32,017 nucleotides of DNA. It comes from Octopus bimaculoides. Its lineage: Eukaryota. This document shows, piece after piece, positions 22,840 through 32,017 of this stretch (positions within the stretch are counted from its first letter, which is position 1; the number at the start of each line of letters is the position of its first letter). The translations under genes were made by a program, and so were the position numbers. The notes under the pieces were generated by a model that was given only the letters and a program-made list of their open reading frames with translations, was not told the DNA's origin and ran no database searches. The stretch spans positions 1,535,330 to 1,567,346 of the forward strand of contig NC_068983.1 of NCBI RefSeq assembly GCF_001194135.2, given 5' to 3'.

Positions 22840-23490
22840 TTATAGTGTTCCATTGTATTCCTCCACCAAAGGTAACTTAGCTGAATCGGTTTCCGTTTCA
22901 GTAATCCAAGGGGACCGACAGTGATATTTCGGGTCTGATTTCTTCAAATCTTCTCTGGCTGTTGTTTGCTTCTCTTTAGAAGCAAAGTTTAGTCTCCATT
23001 CTTTAGCTTGGCTCCCTTTCTTCCCGACACTTTTCTTAGCATTGAGTAACATCTCATAAAGAGTCCTGCAATTCTTGTCCGAAACCTGGCAAAGTGTGTT
23101 GAATATGTTGTGCATTGCAGGTTAGCATCGCCTGCGACTCTTCTCCGCCCGATTTATTCACAGAGTCTCTAACTTGTACTTTTCTTGTTTCACTAACTTC
23201 TCTGACATTGACACAAAATAATTCAGTAGTCAGACTAAAAACAATCAGAAGAGTTGTATGCACGTGGACAGTTGATGGTGTTATTCCTCTTCTTTCTAGC
23301 TTGGATATATTCCACTTACGTAAAGCTATCGCAGTTGTAGTGAAATGTCCAGAACCTAATGCATAACCATGAACGCTTGCATTAGCAGTTACAAGGCTGT
23401 ACCGTTCTATAAGCTTCAAGTGTTTACCATTTTTATTGGTAAATCTGCTAGGGAGTGTAATTTTGTGGGTACTAAAGTTCAAACCAATTA
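22840..23490 (-). pseudogene. Possible decayed LINE ORF (endonuclease C-terminus/linker region)
   Basis: Coding-like composition with two overlapping ORFs (142 and 91 aa). LNAKKSVGKKGSQAKEW..KEKQTTAREDLKK resembles the basic K/R..W linker between EN and RT of RTE-type LINEs. No catalytic motif recognised. Confidence 0.3.
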
Positions 23491-23645
23491 AAAGGCCGTG
23501 TGCAACAATGCCGCGGATTGCTCTACATCTTGATAGAATTATTCAAAGACTACCTCTGGCTTTTTGTTGTATGGGATGTAACAATGCTTGATGAGACTCC
23601 CACCATAGTAATTTTCATGTTCGGTACAGTACTTAATATTTATGC

Positions 23646-23850
23646 AGGCAATGGGCTGATTAGCTCGTAGAATCGTTAGCATACCGTGCAAAATGCTTAG
23701 TGGTAATTTTTCCGTCACTACGTTCTGAGTTCACCGAGATCGACCTTGCCTTTCATCCTTTTGGGGAATCACTGGGCGCTGTGGTCGATATAATCGACTT
23801 ACCCCTACCCTGAAGTTGTTAGCCTTGTGCCAAAATTGGAAATCAATATT
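23646..23850 (+). mobile_element. tRNA-derived SINE, family 1
   Basis: TAGAATCGTTAGCATACCGTGCAAAATGCTTAGTGGTA..TACGTTCTGAGTTC..GATCGACCTTGCCTTTCATCCTTTTGGGG..GGTCGATATAATCGACTTACCCCTACC..CCTTGTGCC, colinear with 13055-13272. Confidence 0.87.
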
Positions 23851-24649
23851 AATGCAGGTATTAAAGGTTTTAAGATAAATAAAACAGCTTATCCAGTAGC
23901 ATCACTTCTTTTGTTATCCTCTCCTGATGATGGCATATCAATGTATCTTTCATACGCCTCTTCATAAATGGATCTCTATGCAAGTTTTGCTGTTCCTCTA
24001 ATGAAATGGTATCTGTTGAATTCATTTACGCGTCATATAATAAATACTTCCTCCTTGGCAGAAATTGCCGATAATAAAGTGGACTTTCCGGTGGATGAAT
24101 GTGAATATATCCTCTTCATCTGCACCAGAGTTGGACCATTCTGCAAGGATTTAGGAACATTCTCTCAAATTTATTGGAAAGCAATTTTGATAGAGAAAAC
24201 CAGAACAACCATTGAGGGACCTTGATACTGGTGCTGCTGCATTGTGAATTCATCAGATAGTGGACTTACTGATACAATATTGAGTGTATAACTCCTTTAG
24301 AAACCATTTTCTCTTGGGGAAGGTCATTTGGCTTTCTTTGGAGCTCATAGACAGAGCGGTTTTCCATTTACAAGCAAAACCTGGACCACGAAGAAGGATT
24401 TTTATGATTATCTTGCTGGTATTTGCATCAGCTTTGTCAAAATTCATTGCATGATCACAAGAATAAAAAGGAACTCAATTATTGCAGTTGAATACGAGAC
24501 AGGCTTGGATGGTCACAGCTATTGTACTGCACAATATGTCATGAATATATTGTGGACATCATCATCTTCTAATTGCCTTCAACTCTAAAATGATGAAGGC
24601 CGCTCAACTAAAGAGCAGCTGTTGACAGAAATGTGTAAGAGAAAACCTA

Positions 24650-24800
24650 TAGAAGAAGAAGGAGAAGAAGAAGGAGGAGGAGGAGGAGAAGGAAGAGAAG
24701 TAGGAGAAGAAGAAAAAGGAGATGATGAGAAGGAGGAGGAGGAGAAGAAGAAGAAGGAGGAGGAGGAGAAGAAGAAGAAGGAGGAGGAGAGAAGAGAAAA
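24650..24800. repeat. Purine-rich (GAA/GGA)n tract
   Basis: Seen directly; explains the E/K-rich, poly-L and poly-S ORFs 24585-24828. Confidence 0.93.
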
Positions 24801-25313
24801 ACAATCGCATACTTTCATTGAAATATGAATAATTTCTTTAGAGATATTAGTAGAAATATCTTCGCTACAGTAATAATTTTAACAGTGTGAATGAAATCTC
24901 GAATTAATCTTGTTTGTATATCACATTAAGTACGTAATTGAAATCTTGATTTCTTCCAAATGGAATCAGTAATAGGTTAATGCAATGAACGCAACGTTTA
25001 AAATAGTATTCCATGTGAAATATCTGAGATGATAACTAGCTGAGCTTTCTTCCAATATTCATTGTATCACTGACTAATTAAGAAAGATACATGCAATCTA
25101 AATTACATAAGATTCTGTATACAATTAACACTACTGCAATGGCCTTCTTTAATTAGATCATTCGTTGCAATTTCATTCATTCATTCAAACGTGTGTCATC
25201 TGAAGCTGAACAGTGAGACACATGGGTATTACTTTAAACAATTCTATTCATTTGTAAAATATCAGAGATTTTCTTCCATATACCTTCTTTGGTTCACACT
25301 TAGATAAATATAT

Positions 25314-25315
25314 TG

Positions 25316-25376
<61 letters not shown>

Positions 25377-25417
25377 ATCTATATATATATATATGTCTGT
25401 CTGTCTGTCTGTCTAAG

Positions 25418-25483
<66 letters not shown>

Positions 25484-25540
25484 GCTAGCTAGCTAGCTAG
25501 CTATCTATCTATCTATATAATCTAATCTAATCTATCTATT
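25314..25540. repeat. Compound microsatellite (TATC)n-(TA)n-(TGTC)n-(TATC)n-(TAGC)n-(TAATC)n
   Basis: Seen directly. Confidence 0.95.
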
Positions 25541-26281
25541 TCTGTCAATTGGGATTCCGTGTGGTCTGTCACATTGTTGCATCTTCTACACATGCGAAAC
25601 TTTAAATGTTATTTCTGCGTGTCTTTACATATTTAATTAATCTGACTATAGCAGCAGCGGTCGTTCTTACTGCACGGAAATTTAATAAATCCAGCTTTAG
25701 AGTGACCATATTTGTCTATTACTTGCGCTCAAACAGATCATATTCTGTGTTCAAGCTGATGGCATTGATGAAGAGGTTTGGAAAAAGAAAGCATCCCTGG
25801 TGGAACTCGATCGAAGTTTGAAGAATTCGGACTACTATCCATAAAAGCGAATATTTAGAGCTGTGTGTAGTATGAGGTGTTAAGAACCCCTCGTTTAATC
25901 CACCAGCGATCAGGAGCTCACTACCAATGAAAAATGTTTACGAAACCACCAAATAAATTATGACTCACCGTTAAGAGCTTTAATACTATTGTTAAAAGCT
26001 TCACAAACTGAAAACTTGATCTGTGAGAGGTTTGCTCTGATAACAATCCTAGTTTGGCCGAATGCGTTACCGAAATAACTACACGCTTGCTGAAATCTAC
26101 TTAGTGGAATCTAAGTGAATATTGTGGCCAAAATATGCATCAACAAGATGCCTTGTTTGCAAAAAAGATTTCATGTTACAGATACAAGAGATCACTCGGT
26201 AGTGGAACGAAACTAAGCAAAGGAACAGCTTTGGAAGATCTCTGCGAGGAGATCACCTTTACTTGTAGCCTTGCTGGAGTG

Positions 26282-26564
26282 CAATAGTTCCCAAAATTTA
26301 TCTGGTTGCCGCCCCCCGTTGACACACTGGCTACATTCCTAGCGACCCTACCCCAACTAACCGTTACAAACATAGACCTCTTTCTGAAGCAAATTCAAAG
26401 CAACTGTATTTCACGAATAAAACCTAATGAACCCGTTATTTTGTTGTTTTTACATGAATCGCTACCCCATTATTGCCCCACTTTTCTTTAACGCCCCCTT
26501 ACAAATTTCCACGGCCTCCGGGGGTGGGGTGTGTGCTCAATATTGCCCACTTTAAGAACCACTG
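26282..26564 (+). mobile_element. hAT-family MITE (~283 bp) with 8-bp TSD
   Basis: Left end CAATAGTTCCCAAA versus reverse complement of right end CAGTGGTTCTTAAA (10/14; Charlie-like CAGTGGTTC terminus). Flanks CTGGAGTG (26274-81) and CTGTAGTG (26565-72) match 7/8. Subterminal GCCGCCCCCC/CCGGGGGTGG. Confidence 0.78.
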
Positions 26565-28407
26565 CTGTAGTGGAATGGTCTGTAAGAGATACCAAATATT
26601 ATTTATGCTAACTTATAATTTATTGTGTATTTACAGATCTCCAGCATTTTATACCTTACAACTCCACAATGAATTATTTTTAATATTCCAATGGCGACGT
26701 TAACAAATGATAATTGCAGAAGATTTAACTGTTGATATCAGATGGATGGTATTTGTCTAAAGATGCGGGATTAGGGTTAGTCGTTATTGATAAAACGATT
26801 GTGCTTCAGTGTGGTATGAAATTTTGAGAAAAAGAAAACACCAAAACAAAGAAACTGTATGTAAGATTTCAAAATAATGTGTAAACAATTTTGTATGACA
26901 ATCTGCCGTAGGTAACAATCTGTTTTAATCCTATGAAACTCGACTGATGACTTACTTTTGTCTTAGGCAAGCGTTTTGGATGAGTTTGCACTATTTCTGT
27001 TTGGAAAACAAGTAGAGCATTGATACCGAAATTATCGACATTGGAATTGAAAGAAGATATTACTAGGTTAGTTTAGGCTAAAACCCCACGTTGTGGTTGT
27101 TCGTTTGTGGTAGAACCGAGGATTATTTGGATTATTTCTTTTAAAGAAATTTAAATCGTTCGCCAGAGCTAAACAAATAAATTCTGGAATTGAACTGAAT
27201 TCTCAATGATAATTTAACCTTGTGTTAAATTATCTTGCGACACTCCTGAACAAAACAAATCGCATGATTCAATAGGGAAATCTGAAAACAAGTATTCATC
27301 CCCTTCATCCCACGCGTCTTCATCCAACTACGTCAACAAAAGAAATCTTAATTAGAATCAAACTCAAGCAACATATGTGATGTGTTTCTGATCTAATGTG
27401 TCTAAGTTATATTACACAAAGGAGTTGAATTTAGCTACTATTTCCTGCAAGTTGAGTGACGATGTATAGACAGTCTCATTCTTGCGTTTTCACTCTAATA
27501 ACGAAAGAAAGTATTCAATAAGGGGTATTTTTGTAATAAATTCTACTATTTCGTCACCTGAAAACAATCTCGGCAATTCTGTTTTCTTTTGAATACTTTG
27601 TTTTAATTTACAAAAACTCATGATAGTATAAAAAAAAAAAGATAACCGGAGGAAAAATTCACAGAATAAGTTCTAGACATAGCCGTATTGTTAAGAGTTT
27701 CAGTGCAGCGAGTTTTATCTTTGGCAGAATATTGGACCTAAAACTTTCCTCACCAAAACAAGTTGATCATAACAAATATGTCTTCCTCCGTCCCTCAAAT
27801 AAACGAAGGACCATGCTCTGTATCTCCACAAAGATGAGAACACCTTGAGTTTGAAAACAGGTCTGCTAAACAAAAACAATAATATACAGAATATCTTTAT
27901 TTATCATCATTTGCTTCACTGTATGTGAAATTCCATGTTATTTTCAAGAAAAGATTTTGGGAAATTTAATGAACCTCCAAAAGTAAAGAAAAATTAACAA
28001 GAAGAGCGGGAGTAAAATTGTACTTTAAAACAAAAATATACACAGATACTCGTCTAACAAAGTAAAATAAATTATTTTTTGCCCAAGTGAAATTATGATC
28101 TGCAATACCTGCTGAATAAAAACACAAAATTCCAGATACTGTGAGAGAGAAAAAAAAGATCAATAAATTTTGTTTTGCTTTAGTTAGTGATACAAAATAT
28201 ATACACAAGGTTACAATTACATATCACTTTTACTAAAACCATATATTAGTGTTCAATCTGTATTATGTATCTTCGTTGTTATGGCATAAAATCAGTGTGT
28301 GCTGTGAAATATCTTTGGTTTTATAATGAAGTCTGTCTATTTTGATTATAGATTCCGCTTTGAATGGAATGGCAAATTCTAAAATATATTTCAACGCAAC
28401 GAAGAAG

Positions 28408-28560
28408 TAGAGTGGTTACAGCGTTGAACAGGCAGTATTATGGTATTCTTGTCACGGCTCTTTGTGTTCTAAATTCCTTCCTTCCTGAATCAACTATTTT
28501 TTTTCCATCCTTCTGTGGTCCATAAATTAAAGGACCAATTCTGGGGCAGTGGAGATTTGG
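28408..28560 (+). mobile_element. Diverged SINE related to family 1
   Basis: GAGTGGTTACAGCGTTG..GGTATT..GTGTTCTAAATTCC..TTTCCATCCTTCTGTGGTCCATAAATTAAAGGACCA shares the family core. Confidence 0.55.
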
Positions 28561-29067
28561 TGGATGACTCCTCGCCTTAAAGACAACAAAGACAGATGCA
28601 AACAATGGAACGTATGTAGAATTAAGGTGACTGCGAGAATGAATGGATTCTACATGCTGTAACGACCTGTGGAGTAAATTTCAGGCCTCTAATTAATACC
28701 CTCAGTTCTTATGATCAGGAAAATGCGAACTAACAAGCATAACAATGAAGGATGAAAGTAAGAAGTATGGAAAGTAAAACAAATTGGATGCTTGTTGGAG
28801 AATTGTATTTAATCTACTCAGAAATTGGATGACAAGCAGAGACAATAATTTGCAGTATTTGGAACTCCTTCAAATTTTGCATATGATTCAGCAGTAAAGG
28901 ACACTTCACATTGGTTTGGAAAGAAATGCCTCTCAGTAGCAATTTTCTCATTGATCAAAATTCTGCAGAAACCAGGCTAAAAGTCCGTCATATTGGTTTG
29001 TATTTATATGCATACAAGCGGCATGTATGTATCTATGTATAGGTATACGTATATGTGTGTATATATA

Positions 29068-29228
29068 GAGATAGATAGATAGATAGATATACATATGTAC
29101 GTACGTACGTACGTACGTACATACATACATACATGCCTGCATACATAAATACACGCGTGTGTGTTTGTGTGTATGTGTTGTGTGTGTATGTAGGCGTTTG
29201 CGTGTGTGTGTGCGTGTGTGTGTGTGTA
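29068..29228. repeat. Compound microsatellite (AGAT)n-(GTAC)n-(ACAT)n-(TG)n
   Basis: Seen directly. Confidence 0.9.
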
Positions 29229-29819
29229 TTAGAAAAGAAGACAGTTCAACAAAAGGCCCAGCAGGCATTTCAATTTCTGAGTTAAAATTACGTTCAGAAT
29301 TCATAATTAAATATTAACCTCACATTTTGGTTCATCTTGTCAATTTCAGCGGTTGGTGGCCATGGTGCAAAGAGAACCGCAACGTGAACGCTTATTTCTT
29401 GGTCATAGGCAAAAAATAATCGGTCCAACCTCTGCCCTGAACGTGTGATACTGAATATTTAGCATGATTATATTTGTCTTGTATATCAGACTAGAAGATA
29501 ACTCGAGTAGAAGAGATATCAGAAACTATAGAAACGTACTTGTAAGTCTCAAGTTAAAATAGCAGAATTGTCTTCCCATTACATTCATTTAGATATAATG
29601 ACATATTTACCAGTTATATAATACGGTTAATAAAATTCATGCTCTCCTCCAAACTTAAAGCTTGGAAGAATTGAAATCAATTTTATTTTTCGGGGTATAA
29701 TATTTCACCTCTGTGATAATGAAAGTTGAAATGATTCGCATTAATTTGTATTGCAGTGGCTGATAACACTTATATTTCCGATTTAATGGGAGACGATAAC
29801 AACAGCAGATCGTTAATGA

Positions 29820-29900
29820 CACACGTACGCACACATATACACATACACACACATACATCGCACACACACACAACATACACGCTCAACACACTCACGTACG

Positions 29901-29975
<75 letters not shown>
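29820..29975. repeat. Degenerate (CA)n followed by (TA)n
   Basis: Seen directly. Confidence 0.92.
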
Positions 29976-29976
<1 letters not shown>

Positions 29977-30110
29977 GCGGTAGAAGATACAAAGAGGAGA
30001 CAAAGAGAGAAAGATAGTGGGAGAGGGAGAGAGAGAGACAGAGAGAGAGAGAGTGAAAGACAAGATAGAGATGGAAAGTCTTCGGCTAAACGGTTCAGTA
30101 TCTGCTAAGG

Positions 30111-30160
<50 letters not shown>
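30111..30160. repeat. (TATC)n microsatellite
   Basis: Seen directly. Confidence 0.95.
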
Positions 30161-31656
30161 CTGCTTGTTGTCGCGTTGTCTCCCGTAAGTTTAAAGAACT
30201 TGTCTGTTTATTTATGTGTTTCCAAATAATTGTTTCTCAAAATGGTACTTCACAACCTTTGCTTTGGCCTGAGCGACGTTTTTGCTCGGCAATTCTCCCT
30301 TTAAGAGTGAGGTTTCTGATCACAGTTTCTGAGTATCAGCCAAACAATCAGATGCTGCGATGCACCGCTGGTCACAATGCGCTTTCAATCCTGTCTTGTT
30401 TGCGCCGTTCTTCTTCATCTTGATGCAACGGCTTATCCAAATTGTCTCCCCAACGTCATCCCGCTCCATTCCCGAATTATCTACTTGTTTAGAGTACAAT
30501 ATATCATTTATATTAAACTGTGTTACTTGTTTCTCTGTTGATAACTGTCCCACCTTAATATAAAGGTTCTGACGACATCGCCTGTGTTATGGTAATATAT
30601 TGTACCACAAAGAATATATAAATGTATTATAGATTACAATTTCCAATGTGTTTTTCATGGATTTTCCTAAAGCTAGGAAACATATCTAACAAAACTGTTG
30701 ACATACCTGAATTTCTAAATTATATTTTTTGCGGAGGATGACTTTAGCTAATCACGAACGTTAATCTAACTGCAAGAAATATGACAATGAAAATACAAAA
30801 ACGTTAAATGCGACAGACAATCGATAAATAAGATCGATGACAAATAAACAGGAGAATTATGAACACATTTGATGTAGGAGAGATGAAAGTGTTTTAAAGG
30901 GATCTAAGATAAACGAAAGTGCAACATTACTAGTTTATGGCATGCTATACACAAACTTACGTTTTAACAATGTAATATGATTGCAATCTGTTAATTGGCT
31001 TTTACGAAGAGAAGTAATTAGCATAATTATTGTCTCTCCTTTTATATAAATAATATTTTCTACCACTTAACATGTATCAAGAAATGACTTGGTAATACAT
31101 TGAATTTTCAACCAAGTCTAGCATGGAATTTTAAGGCAGGCAAGAATCCTGTAAAAATTCAAACATCTCGTAGGTCCTAACATCCCCTTCAGTCACGTGC
31201 TGTGTTATGAATTTGGAATTATGTCTCTTATGAGTCAATCTTCAGAAAACCTAATTATATTTAAAGTAAGAAATACGTTTAAATATTCAAATATGCTTGC
31301 AGTCGTTTTCTGTTCTAAAAAAACATAAATATTTATCAATCGGCAAACATATTTGCATTTTAAATTTTGCAAATTGGTTAAAACTGTCTCCAGTATTTTC
31401 TTTGAGAGAGCATTATAAGAGTTTTTCTTTTTATTTATTCTTATTCTTTGACAAATCTGTTGAACACACGTGATTTCAAAGTAGGTTTTTGCGTTTTCAT
31501 GAAGCGTTATTCAGTTTTGAACAGAAGCATTCGTTTTAAATTGCTGAAAAGCCAACAAAATATAACTGATTCATTATCGTATACTAACATTATTTACTTA
31601 TAATATCATGATTTAACATATGTATTTATTTTGATAAATTATTGTTTTTTATACAT

Positions 31657-31658
<2 letters not shown>

Positions 31659-31726
<68 letters not shown>

Positions 31727-31782
31727 ACGTGCACGGACACATACACAAACACAAACACACACACACATACACACACACACAT
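31659..31782. repeat. (CA)n microsatellite with degenerate tail
   Basis: Seen directly. Confidence 0.95.
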
Positions 31783-31799
31783 TATTTACTATTTGTGTC

Positions 31800-31990
31800 A
31801 GTTATTTGACAGCGCCATGAAGAGCTTTAGTAGAACAAATCACCCACAGAACGGATTCCTTTTAAAGCTTGTTACTTATTCTATCGGCATCTTTAGCTAA
31901 AACGCTAGGTTACCGGGACGTAGATACACGAACACCGGTTGCCGAACACTGGTGGAAGACAAACATAGACACAAGCACATACAAACAATG
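31800..31990 (-). mobile_element. SINE family 2, 3' portion
   Basis: Reverse complement TCTTCCACCAGTGTTCGGCAACCGGTG..ACGTCCCGGTAACCTAGCGTT..TTTGTTCTACTAAAGCTCTTCATGGCG aligns with 17570-17710. Confidence 0.72.
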
Positions 31991-32017
31991 CATGTATATA
32001 TATATATATATATATAT

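Noticed and set aside
24250-24590. piggyBac transposase C-terminus (minus strand, HIVQYN..)
   Set aside because: Only a 4-residue resemblance; the GGVD and KW motifs are absent.
10446-28560. Apparent plus-strand bias of family-1 SINEs
   Set aside because: A minus-strand copy exists at ~11905-12025, and the sample is too small to be meaningful.

Overview
AT-rich, repeat-dense eukaryotic scaffold window with four N-gaps, each flanked by microsatellites. The repeat families and abundant microsatellites suggest a coleoid cephalopod (Octopus-like) genome; this is inference from recalled repeat families. I found no convincing host protein-coding exon, and most listed ORFs are microsatellite or N artefacts. 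Supported content is decayed mobile DNA: an RTE-type LINE RT remnant (5.8-6.9 kb, -); a both-ended, internally deleted Chapaev3-type DNA transposon with ~120-bp TIRs and TAA target duplication (7947-9435); a truncated irritans-like mariner (10667-11412); a CR1/L2-type LINE 3' end (19.75-20.9 kb); a hAT MITE with 8-bp TSD (26282-26564); and about 10 tRNA-derived SINE copies. The most interesting signals are two non-coding elements carrying type I hammerhead-ribozyme-like motifs. One (13295-13557) fuses a Pol III tRNA-like head to (AAT)n, a hammerhead and a 3' hairpin. The other (19135-19605) has a 16/17-bp hairpin, a hammerhead with palindromic stem III, and telomere-like repeats. Both hammerhead copies carry a core substitution and are probably inactive as they stand.
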